Virus record (IMG/VR): IMGVR_UViG_3300025282_000042
Location: 1-55,223 of that record
Reading direction: 5' to 3' (one strand)
Length of the DNA: 55,223 nucleotides
From: a virus
Taxonomy: Duplodnaviria; Caudoviricetes
Below the pieces are notes generated by a model that was not told where the DNA came from, searched no databases, and saw only the letters and a list, made by a program, of their open reading frames with translations. The position numbers and the translations under genes were made by a program. Shown in pieces: positions 9,750-19,034 of this stretch (its first letter is position 1; the number at the start of each line of letters is the position of its first letter).

Positions 9750-12215
9750 TTATCGTCCATAGATGGGAGGAAGTGTACCTCCACCACCAATGTCTGCCAT
9801 TGCCATATAAATTATATCATTTCCAGAACCATTAGGACCAGAATCTCCTACTCTTACTTTAAAACCTTCTGCAAGAATATCTATATCATAAGCTGATCCA
9901 CTTGATCCTTGTGTACCGTCGCCTTGAGCATTATTTAAATTAGCAAATAAAACTGTAGATAGAGTGCCGGGATTATATGTCATTGTTGCTGTGTCAATGA
10001 TGCCCCAATCTCTAGCCACATCTGCATTTTTCCAAATGATATATCTAGGTTTAAAACCTGTATAAATAAATGGACCGTTGGTAGCTCCAGTGCCTATATA
10101 TGCTCCTACTTTACATACTCCAGCTACTGATCTAAAACAATATGCTATCATAGCTGTGGAACTTTGGTTTGTTTCAGCAGAAGTCCCTAGACTGACAACA
10201 GTTGCTGTTGGTGCTGTACTATTATAAAGAGTTGCATCTGCTACAAATGCTACGGTACTATCTAATCTCAGAGAACCTGAAGCTGGACTACTATCAGCAT
10301 CTGCATGATAAACATTCCAGTCATCACCTCCGGGCAACTCCCTTATTATTACCATCTCTGGCGCACCACCCAATCCATGCCCAATTGTTGTATTTGATCC
10401 AGTACCAGTATAACTTACTATACTAAAATGATCTGCACCAGCAACACTGGTAGTACTATTGGTGTCTCCATTTTCATTAGTACTTGTAGTATTGCCACCT
10501 AACCATTGCCAAGATACAAACTTTTCTGTATTTGTATTAACCTGATCTAAGTTACCAACAGTAAAACCGTCAGAGCCAAAGGCAGTAAGTCCTTCTGATT
10601 CTGTAGTCTGAGCAGCAGTAGTATCAGATTCAATCTGTTTAGTAGTTCCTCTTACAGCATCATATAATGCATGAGAATCAGCAGCATCTCTGTTTTTAAT
10701 CCAAACAAAATCTGGCTGAAAACCTGTACCAGTATTGGCCTTTCCTCCAGAACCAATTGCAGTTCCGTTACCTGTATAAAGAACTGGATTAAAGTAATCT
10801 ATACCTTGATAAGTTGGTGCAGTAAACTCTGAAGAAGTTATTTCCCCAAAACCAGAAGGAACTGATGCAAGATTCCAAGTAGAACTAGGAAACTTTAAAG
10901 AAACAGTACCTGTATTTGTATCCAGTGCAGGAGTTATATTTGATGGAACAGAGGTAACTGTTGCATTTGTACCACCAGCAGGATCACCAGAACTAGCCCA
11001 TGTAACTGTGGTAGCACCAGAGGCAATCCTACCAAACCAGAATTTAGAATTATCTGCATCATATGCCATTGCAATTCTATCATTTGTAGACCAAGAAAAT
11101 AAAGCTGATCCTTCTGTATTGTCGTTTACAACCTTTCCATCATTTTGCATTCCCCAACTTAATGCTGTTCCTCCACAAGCAGCATCTAAGAAACTGCTTG
11201 ATTCTGCAAAACCAACTCTAGCCGATGCCACACTGTCCCAGTTTGCTTCCCAATACCATTTCCCAGTTGTTGGAATACCCAAGGTTACTCTCATACAGGC
11301 TCTTCCTGCACCGGGTCCAGCAGAGGTGAGATTACCTGATGACAGCGTAGGTAGTGTATCATCTGAGTGATCAATATAATTTATAGTTGGATACATTTTA
11401 CTTGGTGTATTTGTTGACTGATTACCAGAAGCTATACTTGATAAAGAGAAGTCATTATTATTAGAACTTTCGTCGTTTCCTAAATCAGAAGAATCATCAA
11501 AGGAAAGCATAAAACTAGTTCCACCAGCAGTAGAAGCTAGTGAAGTAATATCTGAATCTGATTTAGGTGAAAATTCAGAACCATTAGTTCCAAAGGTAAA
11601 AGCATCCAGAAAATCTGTTACGGCAACATCTCCATTTTGAATTGAATCCCCATCCAAGAAACATATCTGTGCCATATATGCATTAGCATAAACAGAAGAT
11701 GTTCTTGAGCGTCTTCCAATTTCATTTGCCTGATCATTATTCCAGTATGTCTCTCCAGCAGAAGAAGGATAAGCAGCACTACCAGTGCTTAGAGCCATTG
11801 CAACACCATTAATATAAATACTGATACGATCAGTTTCAGAACCTTCATTAGAATCATAAGATATAAGTGCATGATACCATGCAGTATCTCTCAATAAGGC
11901 TGTTGTATTTACATTCATTGAAGCATTGTCATCCTGCACCATTAAAAAGGTACTCGTAGTTGTATCCATTGCTACTCTAAATTCAGAAGTTCCGCTATTA
12001 GCAGAAAAGAAAACCATTTCTGTACCAACTGAATTTAATTCAAACCAAAATGATAGAGTCCAACGTGTTCTATTTCCTGCAGACCCCGGAGTTCTTGTTA
12101 AGTAATCAGCAGAACCATCAAGCCATATTGATTTGGGTATAAGACCACTATTAAAAGTAGTTGTTGTGGATTGTCCACCTGCTCCTAAAAGAAGATTGTT
12201 ACTAAATACACTCAT
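9750..12215 (-). CDS. Receptor-binding tail protein with ConA-like lectin/LamG and SPRY domains
   Basis: WTLSFW, AWYH and IYING (LamG); GKWYWE (SPRY); GFQPDFVWIKNR, HGLGGAPE and YTGFKP modules common in marine phage fibres. Confidence 0.75.
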   Translation of the reverse strand: MSVFSNNLLLGAGGQSTTTTFNSGLIPKSIWLDGSADYLTRTPGSAGNRTRWTLSFWFELNSVGTEMVFFSANSGTSEFRVAMDTTTSTFLMVQDDNASMNVNTTALLRDTAWYHALISYDSNEGSETDRISIYINGVAMALSTGSAAYPSSAGETYWNNDQANEIGRRSRTSSVYANAYMAQICFLDGDSIQNGDVAVTDFLDAFTFGTNGSEFSPKSDSDITSLASTAGGTSFMLSFDDSSDLGNDESSNNNDFSLSSIASGNQSTNTPSKMYPTINYIDHSDDTLPTLSSGNLTSAGPGAGRACMRVTLGIPTTGKWYWEANWDSVASARVGFAESSSFLDAACGGTALSWGMQNDGKVVNDNTEGSALFSWSTNDRIAMAYDADNSKFWFGRIASGATTVTWASSGDPAGGTNATVTSVPSNITPALDTNTGTVSLKFPSSTWNLASVPSGFGEITSSEFTAPTYQGIDYFNPVLYTGNGTAIGSGGKANTGTGFQPDFVWIKNRDAADSHALYDAVRGTTKQIESDTTAAQTTESEGLTAFGSDGFTVGNLDQVNTNTEKFVSWQWLGGNTTSTNENGDTNSTTSVAGADHFSIVSYTGTGSNTTIGHGLGGAPEMVIIRELPGGDDWNVYHADADSSPASGSLRLDSTVAFVADATLYNSTAPTATVVSLGTSAETNQSSTAMIAYCFRSVAGVCKVGAYIGTGATNGPFIYTGFKPRYIIWKNADVARDWGIIDTATMTYNPGTLSTVLFANLNNAQGDGTQGSSGSAYDIDILAEGFKVRVGDSGPNGSGNDIIYMAMADIGGGGTLPPIYGR

Positions 12216-13819
12216 TATGAATATGCCTTTGTTAGTAAAGCTTGGACATCTGTAGATGTATGAACTATATAATCTAATCTATCAATTGCATTTCCATCTG
12301 TTGACAAGGTAGGTGCTTCACCTCCTGCAAAATCCCAACTACTTCCATAAGCAAGAGTTTGAGAACCTGTTCCATCCTGTACAATAAATATACTTCCTAC
12401 TTGTCCTGCAACACAATTCGTTGGATTATCTAATGTTCTGTTTCCTGCCAGTGTAACTGTAAAGTTTTGTCCTGCATTAAAATCTACAGAAATATTTGTT
12501 CCATCTGTTAATGCATTAATATCTGCAACTGCTGCAGTTTCTATTCTTAAGTTTTTTCCCAAAAGAGCATTGATTCCTATAGCAACAGCACTAACATAAA
12601 AATCTGTTCCTGATACAATTCCTGTTAGGGTTCCTCCTGCCAAAGGAAGGTGATTACCTATGCTTGTAGCCAAAGCTGCAGAAGTAGTAGCTATAAGAGT
12701 GTTTGTAGTTCCTATACTTGTAGCTAAAGCTGTAGAGGTAGCAGCAACACGAGTATTTGTAGTTCCTATGCTTGTTGCTAAAGCAGAAGAAGTTGCCGCA
12801 ATAAGTGTGTTTGAGTTACCTATACTTGTAGCTAGTGCAGCAGAAGTAGCTGCAAGCACAGTATTAATAGATGTTATCGCATTAATATTAGTTGTGATAT
12901 TTGTATTAGAATTACCTATGCTTGTGGCTAAAGCTGCAGAAACAGTAGCTAGTTCTGCATCAGTAGCAAAGCCACTACCATCACCTATAACAGAATTAAT
13001 AGATGTTATTGCATTAGTATTCGTTGTAATATTTGTATTAGAATTCCCTATACTCGTTGCTAGGGCTGCAGAAGTAGTAGCAATAAGGGTATTTGTCGTT
13101 CCTATACTGGTTGCCAAAGCAGCAGAAGTTGTTGCAATAAGAGTATTTGTAGTCCCTATACTTGTTGCCAAAGCTGCAGATGTTGCTGCAAGAACTGTAT
13201 TAACAGATGTAATTGCTGCCTTATTTACTGATGTTAAAACACTAACTGCAGCTACATCACTAGTACTTGGAATAGCACTTCCACCAATATAAATCTGTGT
13301 TGTAGCATAGACATTGGCTGCTGAAACAGCCCCAGAAAATTCTGCTGCTACACCAGAAACCTTTGTTGTAAAACTCCCTGTCCCTGCGACAAAATTAGTT
13401 GCGCTTAAACTTGTTGTAAATCCACCAACTACACCAGCTAAATTTGTTGAAACAGAGACTGTTCCAAAACTTTGATTAGTCTGTAACTGAATAACTCCTT
13501 CTTTAGTTATTCCTGCAGAAGGATCAGTTGCTACACCTGTTCCTGTCCCATAGGTAGTTGCTGCACCTACAGAAGTTAATGTACCAGTAATAGAAACAAA
13601 TTCATTTATTGCAGAAACAGAAGCTGTTAATGCGACACCACCAATTTCAAAAGTTCCGTTTACATTCACAACAGCATTACTCAATTGAAGGGCAGAGTTT
13701 GTACCATCACCACTTTCAATTGTTCTTACTGTTGAATCAATACCATCATTAGTAGATACAGCTACTTTTAAAAGTTGCTTATATGTATTAGCTATTTGTT
13801 TTCCTGTTAAGTCAGTCAT
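12215..13819 (-). CDS. Long tail fibre with repetitive coiled-coil stalk
   Basis: MTDLTGKQIANTYKQLL start (ATGA overlap); 18-aa A/T/S repeats; C-terminal domain paralogous to that of 7800..8723. Confidence 0.75.
   Translation of the reverse strand: MTDLTGKQIANTYKQLLKVAVSTNDGIDSTVRTIESGDGTNSALQLSNAVVNVNGTFEIGGVALTASVSAINEFVSITGTLTSVGAATTYGTGTGVATDPSAGITKEGVIQLQTNQSFGTVSVSTNLAGVVGGFTTSLSATNFVAGTGSFTTKVSGVAAEFSGAVSAANVYATTQIYIGGSAIPSTSDVAAVSVLTSVNKAAITSVNTVLAATSAALATSIGTTNTLIATTSAALATSIGTTNTLIATTSAALATSIGNSNTNITTNTNAITSINSVIGDGSGFATDAELATVSAALATSIGNSNTNITTNINAITSINTVLAATSAALATSIGNSNTLIAATSSALATSIGTTNTRVAATSTALATSIGTTNTLIATTSAALATSIGNHLPLAGGTLTGIVSGTDFYVSAVAIGINALLGKNLRIETAAVADINALTDGTNISVDFNAGQNFTVTLAGNRTLDNPTNCVAGQVGSIFIVQDGTGSQTLAYGSSWDFAGGEAPTLSTDGNAIDRLDYIVHTSTDVQALLTKAYS
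12650..13200 (-). repeat. Tandem 54-nt (18-aa) repeats IA(T/A)TSAALATSIG(T/N)(T/S)NT(L/N)
   Basis: About 8 copies of ALATSIG, interrupted twice by NTNITTN.NAITSIN. Confidence 0.9.
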
Positions 13820-14094
13820 ACTTGATTCCAATCCGTAGCTTCATTTTCCCATAAAGTTGTAGCAGCATCCCAAGTTATATTTCTTCCACCAGTATCTGGT
13901 CCTCTAGGATTTCTTATTGCTATATTATCTTTTACATTAGGAGATTTATTTAAAGGACTATTTTTTAAATCATAAGCACCTTCCCAATCTTCTGGACATA
14001 CCAGCATCCCATAACTATTCATTCTCATAACTCTATGAGGATACTGAAATCCACAAATGTCACATATAGCTAATGCTCTTTTATTTGTAGCCAT
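13816..14094 (-). CDS. Conserved hypothetical virion-region protein (CxxC)
   Basis: AICDICGF.Y and LVCPEDWE motifs; translationally coupled to both neighbours. Confidence 0.65.
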   Translation of the reverse strand: MATNKRALAICDICGFQYPHRVMRMNSYGMLVCPEDWEGAYDLKNSPLNKSPNVKDNIAIRNPRGPDTGGRNITWDAATTLWENEATDWNQV

Positions 14095-14768
14095 TAATAC
14101 ACATTAATCTTTGGTAATAAATACATGCTTGCTCTCTCTTTGTCTTCAACCATAGCTCTTGAAAGAAGCTCTTCATAATTTCCTTTTAACATTGCTATTC
14201 TTGTATCTGCAACCAGAGGACGTTTCATAGACATATAATAAGCTAAACCACAAGTTAAAGGAGGAAGAAATCTTTTTGGAAGATCAGCATTCTGACCTTC
14301 AGATTTATTTACATCTTGAAGTTCACTTATCTTTTCTATCTTTAAAACATCTGTAGAATTTTCTGGTATAGGCCAGATAAAGACTGTAGGTTTACTTTGA
14401 TTACGTTTAATAGTATATTGACTAGCTCTGCCAGTTTGTCCCTTTTGAGGAATATGAAGATACTCTTCAAAAGAAATTCTTGTGGCAGCGATATCTACAT
14501 TATCTCTATTTACAATAAGCTGAAGAGCATCTATTGCAGACTCATCCAGATCATAAGATGTAACACTAGCAGATACAGTAACTAGAGTAGTTTGTGTAGA
14601 CCACAAAAGAATGCCTCTATTCTGCCAGTCTTTCAACATAAGATTAATTGATCTTCTGGCAGAAGCTGGCTCATGACCAAGAGTTTGTTCACCCCCAATC
14701 ATTTCCATTGCTTCCTGTATAACTTCGTCTATATCCAGATCAAAATTATATGTTCCTGATAAAGCCAT
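14094..14768 (-). CDS. Head-tail adaptor / tail tubular protein A-like
   Basis: SGTYNF.LDIDEVI.EA, ARRSINLML.DWQNRG..LW, IWP.P and GLAYY motifs. Confidence 0.7.
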   Translation of the reverse strand: MALSGTYNFDLDIDEVIQEAMEMIGGEQTLGHEPASARRSINLMLKDWQNRGILLWSTQTTLVTVSASVTSYDLDESAIDALQLIVNRDNVDIAATRISFEEYLHIPQKGQTGRASQYTIKRNQSKPTVFIWPIPENSTDVLKIEKISELQDVNKSEGQNADLPKRFLPPLTCGLAYYMSMKRPLVADTRIAMLKGNYEELLSRAMVEDKERASMYLLPKINVY

Positions 14769-15025
14769 TAAATCTGTCCACCTTTTTTATAACCGTTCAT
14801 TACTTTATTTCTTCCCACAAGACCACCTCCTGCAGCTTTTCTAAAACTAAGACTAGCAATTTTAGGCATAAATCCCTTTCCTTTGGTCAGTCCTTTTTCT
14901 GATTCTAAAAGAAGACCATACTCTTCTAATTCTCTAGGAGTAAGTTTAGATACATCAATAGGATTTGGTCGTACCTTACCCTTTTTAGATTGGGAAAGAA
15001 AACGATATTTTGTGGGATAGCCCAT
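14768..15025 (-). CDS. Small basic protein with xxGG motifs
   Basis: ATG at 15025 (TAATG overlap); K/R-rich; ends YKKGGQI. Confidence 0.6.
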   Translation of the reverse strand: MGYPTKYRFLSQSKKGKVRPNPIDVSKLTPRELEEYGLLLESEKGLTKGKGFMPKIASLSFRKAAGGGLVGRNKVMNGYKKGGQI

Positions 15026-15624
15026 TAATGCTTTCCTGTTGCTCCCCATCCTCTTTTTGCAGCACCAACACCCATAGGACCACCCTTTTTAAATCCATAG
15101 GTTCCTCTTGGTTTTCTTGTAGCTTTAGCAACGTCTCTTCTACCTTTCATAGACATTTTCTTACCAGCTTCTTTACCTCTGGTCATGCCTAGCTGCTCAT
15201 CTTTTCTTGCATCATAACCCTGTTGCATTTTACCGCCTCCGGCATATCTCCTGCGTTTAGCCTCAGACATAGTACCTGATCTTGATTCTTCTGCAGGAGA
15301 CAGTCCTACACGACTCATTTTCTTTGGCATAATTTTCCCTCCCTTTTTAAAGTCTAGATGGTCTGGAATCCATCTTTCTTGAGTAAGACGAAATTTAGCT
15401 GCATTTAATACAGAAGGACTAGCCTCTTTTCCTTCCATCAGTTTAGCAGTCCTATCTAAAAACCTCATAGCTTTTTGTTCAGCTTCTTTTTTACCCACAT
15501 CTTGCTTTTCCATAATATCATTAACAAGATAAGAGGGTGGTGTAGTAAACTTCTTAGTTGCCTTTCTTTTTCTTGGCTTTAGACGTTTAGCAACTCCTTT
15601 AGCTACTCGACTCAATATTGGCAT
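15025..15624 (-). CDS. Basic protein with KKGG and GVGAAKRGWG motifs
   Basis: ATG at 15624 with AAGGAG RBS; possible internal start at 15330 (GGGAGG RBS). Confidence 0.65.
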   Translation of the reverse strand: MPILSRVAKGVAKRLKPRKRKATKKFTTPPSYLVNDIMEKQDVGKKEAEQKAMRFLDRTAKLMEGKEASPSVLNAAKFRLTQERWIPDHLDFKKGGKIMPKKMSRVGLSPAEESRSGTMSEAKRRRYAGGGKMQQGYDARKDEQLGMTRGKEAGKKMSMKGRRDVAKATRKPRGTYGFKKGGPMGVGAAKRGWGATGKH

Positions 15625-15626
15625 AA

Positions 15627-16523
15627 CTATGTTCTCCTTTTCATTGTAGCACCCCAACCACGCATAGCCTGTCCTACACCTCTTGGTTTAGAAGCTGATT
15701 TTCTTTTGGTCTTTTTAGATTTAATTGAACCGCCTTTTTTCTTTAAGGTCAACTTTCCGCTTTCTACTAATTCCATTAACTCTTTGACTTGAGGCTCAGT
15801 TACGCCTTCTTTGAAGCGATCACCCATCATATCATGAATATAACTTGCAGGAGGAGCATATTCTCCTGTTCCTTTTATTCCTTCAGGATATTTGCTACTT
15901 TTTGCCACAGACTTTGCCTGACCTGTCATTTTGAGCCTTCTTTTTTGAGCTTGAGACAGTCCTGTGGGAAGCTTTACTTTTGAAAGAGGTGGACCTTCTT
16001 CAACAGGATTATACATACGCTCACCAAATTCATCAAAATATTTGAGCTTTTCTGCTCCTGTAGCTTTATCGCCTACATATTCTTTTCTAAGACCCGGACT
16101 TGATCCCCTCGGAGGTACATAATTAGGATCAGTTTCTCTCATCTGTCTTTGTTGTTCTTTTAAGAAGTCTCGCCACCGTTTAGGAACTCCTTCAGTTCTA
16201 GTTCTTGTAGGCTTGGGTTTGACTGCAGCTTTCTTTCTATCAGCAAGAATCTTTGTAGCTTCTTTTCTATCTACACCTAGCTCGTCCATAATCTCTTTAA
16301 CGGCAGCAGGAATTCTTCCTCTAGAAGTTCTTTTTCTTCCTCTTTTACCTTTCTTAGCTTTAGGTTTAGTTTCAACTTTAGCTTTAGGTTTAGCTTTAGC
16401 TTTAGGTTTAGGTTTAGCTTTGGGTTTGGTAGCTTTCTTAATTACTTCATCACTATCACCCATAATATCTTGACCCCATTTAAGAAGTCTTTTTCCTGCT
16501 TTTCCTGCTATTCCTGCTGGCAT
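15627..16523 (-). CDS. Highly basic, histone-like (KPKAK repeats) protein
   Basis: 298 aa K/R-rich; KPKAKPKPKAKAKPKAK tract; C-terminal RGVGQAMRGWG. Confidence 0.65.
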   Translation of the reverse strand: MPAGIAGKAGKRLLKWGQDIMGDSDEVIKKATKPKAKPKPKAKAKPKAKVETKPKAKKGKRGRKRTSRGRIPAAVKEIMDELGVDRKEATKILADRKKAAVKPKPTRTRTEGVPKRWRDFLKEQQRQMRETDPNYVPPRGSSPGLRKEYVGDKATGAEKLKYFDEFGERMYNPVEEGPPLSKVKLPTGLSQAQKRRLKMTGQAKSVAKSSKYPEGIKGTGEYAPPASYIHDMMGDRFKEGVTEPQVKELMELVESGKLTLKKKGGSIKSKKTKRKSASKPRGVGQAMRGWGATMKRRT

Positions 16524-16527
16524 AATA

Positions 16528-16725
16528 TTAATCCTTATAGGTTATTTCTTTACCGGGTTCATAGTCTACAACGACATCCTGCTCTGGTCCCTGAACTGCT
16601 GGTCCTTTTCTTGCAGCACCAAAACCTTGCCCCGTTGGATTACCTGTAACTTCTTTCATAGCTTTTTCATAAGCTGCGTAACCTTTTGCATCATATGAAT
16701 AATGTTTTCCTTTAAATGTAGGCAT
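16528..16725 (-). CDS. Small conserved hypothetical protein
   Basis: MP.F.GKHYSY..KG and PTGQGFGAARKG motifs; GGAG RBS. Confidence 0.6.
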   Translation of the reverse strand: MPTFKGKHYSYDAKGYAAYEKAMKEVTGNPTGQGFGAARKGPAVQGPEQDVVVDYEPGKEITYKD

Positions 16726-16968
16726 TTAACTTCTCCCTCTTTTCATTTTTTTAAAAGTCATAGCAAGTCTAGCACGTTGTCCTAATTTACCCGGTTTTTT
16801 TGCAGCAGCCTTTAATGTAGCTGGAGGAATTGTTTTTCCTTTTTTAATACCTAAAGATTTTCTTAAAGCTCCGGGTTTCTTTATTGCTTTTTGTATCCAC
16901 TTTTTATCTTTTGCCACTTTTCTATTTCCTTTCAGTTCTCTTGGAATATCACTTCTGCTAATTGCCAT
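16726..16968 (-). CDS. Small basic conserved phage protein
   Basis: MAISR start; KWIQKAIKKPGALRKSLG..KLGQRARLA motif common in marine podoviruses. Confidence 0.65.
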   Translation of the reverse strand: MAISRSDIPRELKGNRKVAKDKKWIQKAIKKPGALRKSLGIKKGKTIPPATLKAAAKKPGKLGQRARLAMTFKKMKRGRS

Positions 16969-17657
16969 CAGGGAGAACCCTGTATAATTGGATCAGCAGA
17001 ACCTGCAGGACTTGCAGCAACTGCCATATCGTCTTGCCTTGTTCTTCTGGCTTGATTTCTTAATCCATCAATAGCTGTTTTAAATTCTGCTTGCCAGATA
17101 GGAACTGTATCAAAACTTTTATTGAAAAGAGAAGCTTCAATCATGCAAGCATAGAAGAGCGCATCGTAACAAAAATCAGAAAAATAGTTGTTAGGAGCAG
17201 CAGATGTAAGGGTCGCAGGTCTGGAAACATGAAGCACCTCCCCATCATAAGTTGATGTCGGTGTAGGAGCTAAGTAAATAGCTGTATTATTTCTCATTGC
17301 ATAATATTTTGGCTGTCCTACGGAAGCACTCACATAGGGCCAAAAATCATAAATAAATTCTTGTGTTCTTGGAAGTAAACTAATTCTACTGTTTGCAGTT
17401 CCTACAGGAGCAGAAACAGAAGCAGATACAAGAATGTTAAAGTTTCTTACAATCCTTGTTCCACTTGGTAAAGACACAAGAGGATTATTAGCTGAAACAG
17501 CTATTGAAGTAAATGTATTTAATCCGTAGTCATCCAGTTGTGTGACTAAACGATTTTCTGCCTTATTAATAAAATACTCTATGTGAGTAGTAAATTCTGT
17601 TCCATCATTTTCAGCAGTATTTTGAATATCTGTTACAAGTGTAGAATAAGAAGGCAT
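16968..17657 (-). CDS. Head-tail adaptor/connector protein
   Basis: Y..L..DI, FI.KAE.RL, G.PKYYA, LAPTP and L.YACM.EA motifs; downstream of the capsid genes. Confidence 0.65.
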   Translation of the reverse strand: MPSYSTLVTDIQNTAENDGTEFTTHIEYFINKAENRLVTQLDDYGLNTFTSIAVSANNPLVSLPSGTRIVRNFNILVSASVSAPVGTANSRISLLPRTQEFIYDFWPYVSASVGQPKYYAMRNNTAIYLAPTPTSTYDGEVLHVSRPATLTSAAPNNYFSDFCYDALFYACMIEASLFNKSFDTVPIWQAEFKTAIDGLRNQARRTRQDDMAVAASPAGSADPIIQGSP

Positions 17658-17662
17658 ATAGT

Positions 17663-18007
17663 TTACCCATAAAAAACGGTTAGAACGGCGGCACTTGAAG
17701 GTGCAGAAACTTTAATTACACCACTAGCTTTTGGTCCATAATCTCCTAAATAAATATCTGCTCCAGCTACAGCTTTAAACTTTGTAACAGCACCAACAGT
17801 ATTAGAGGAAACACCTCCTGCTACATTAACTTGCTTCTCGCCAGTAATTAAATATGTTCCTGCTACATCAGCATACAAGGCATATATTCTTGTAAAAGAG
17901 TCATTGGTATTACTTGAATTCAAAGTAACTGAAGTTGTAATATCAACAAGCAGCCCACTTCCAGTTCCACCACCATCAACCATTGCGGTTTTAATATTCG
18001 ATGACAT
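17663..18007 (-). CDS. Small virion protein (putative capsid decoration)
   Basis: Beta-rich 114 aa ending TVFYG, immediately after the major capsid gene. Confidence 0.55.
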   Translation of the reverse strand: MSSNIKTAMVDGGGTGSGLLVDITTSVTLNSSNTNDSFTRIYALYADVAGTYLITGEKQVNVAGGVSSNTVGAVTKFKAVAGADIYLGDYGPKASGVIKVSAPSSAAVLTVFYG

Positions 18008-18021
18008 ATTTTATCCCTTTT

Positions 18022-18056
18022 AAAAATATAAGAAGGAGGGATTTCTCCCTCCCTCT
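18022..18056 (-). terminator. Rho-independent terminator after the major capsid gene
   Basis: GGAGGGA-GAAA-TCCCTCC hairpin followed by TTCTTATATTTTT on the minus strand. Confidence 0.7.
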
Positions 18057-18067
18057 TAATGGTTGAA

Positions 18068-19021
18068 TTAACCAGTATTACCGAAGAAGCCTCTCCAGTC
18101 AGACCAACCAAAGCTATAACGCTCTCTGGCTTTGAAACGGAGATTTCCAGTATCAAAATCTGGCTCCATTTTAGTCTGTAGAGGTGCTCTAACAAACATC
18201 TTAGTACCGTTAGGAACATTAGTCTTAACGTACCAACCATCTGTATCGGTAAACCGCCGATTAATCTGAGAACCCTTTGGCAGCATTGACATGCTACGAA
18301 CTGAGTTCACATCGTTCCACCCTGATGGTGCGGTTAGTGCAGAACTGCCGTCAATGGCAATACTACCTGCTGCCGGAACCAACTGGGAGTTTAGTAGTGA
18401 ATTAGCTGTTGCCCAATAATCTGGTGGAATATGAAGTGAGACAGCAGACCCACCAACCAGAATACCACGATCATCTTTGATCTTCTGAATCGTCGTAAGT
18501 GCAGATTCAAGAGATGCATAAGCAAGATCAGCAGCACTCAAGGAGTTGGACTGATTGCCATCACTTATCGTTGGATGGGCAGCACTGAAAAGCGGAACCC
18601 CATCTCCACCATGATAAGCAGCAGTATCGGTAAAGCCGTTGTTGAAGATATCAGCAGCTTTAACCTCTTTCGTATTAGCCATCGCTCTTGCAAGACCTTT
18701 GGCACGAAGTTTGGCGAAGGTATCATACAGATTGTCCTCCATCGCCTCTTCCGTGACAGCAAAAGCAAGACTAATGGTTTCATTAGTATAACGGGCAGTA
18801 TAACTTTCTGAAGCAGTATCATAAGTTACTGCAGCACCCTCTCCCTTAACAGGAGCAGTACCAAACCCAGTAAACAGAACCTCTTCTTCAAAGGCTCTAT
18901 CTGAATTTTCAATTTCAAAAAGTGCTCTATGCTCGTTATCAACATCCCCGTATTCTAAACCAAACACGGCGTTCAAACCGGGGAGTAGTTCTTTAGCAAT
19001 ACTAGCTCTATTAATAGCCAT
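18068..19021 (-). CDS. Major capsid protein (HK97 fold)
   Basis: MAINRA.IAKELLPGLNAVFGLEY, SDRAFEEEV, LAF.VTEEA.EDNLY, GGDG.PLFS.AHP and DFDTGN.RFKARERYSFGWSDWRG motifs. Confidence 0.92.
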   Translation of the reverse strand: MAINRASIAKELLPGLNAVFGLEYGDVDNEHRALFEIENSDRAFEEEVLFTGFGTAPVKGEGAAVTYDTASESYTARYTNETISLAFAVTEEAMEDNLYDTFAKLRAKGLARAMANTKEVKAADIFNNGFTDTAAYHGGDGVPLFSAAHPTISDGNQSNSLSAADLAYASLESALTTIQKIKDDRGILVGGSAVSLHIPPDYWATANSLLNSQLVPAAGSIAIDGSSALTAPSGWNDVNSVRSMSMLPKGSQINRRFTDTDGWYVKTNVPNGTKMFVRAPLQTKMEPDFDTGNLRFKARERYSFGWSDWRGFFGNTG

Positions 19022-19034
19022 AATCTAACTCCCC

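Noticed and set aside
12660-13292. 210-aa plus-strand ORF and other antisense ORFs (e.g. 2033..2398, 7996..8442, 11008..11370, 24275..24730, 46525..46845)
   Set aside because: Shadow frames of well-supported genes on the opposite strand; no RBS or family motifs.
9750-13819. Diversity-generating retroelement acting on the fibres
   Set aside because: No reverse transcriptase and no adenine-specific TR/VR pair; the paralogous fibre domains differ at all base types.
17920-18240. Overlapping ORF as a frameshifted capsid extension (T7 10B-like)
   Set aside because: No slippery heptamer near the MCP stop, a terminator follows the MCP gene, and the peptide does not look protein-like.
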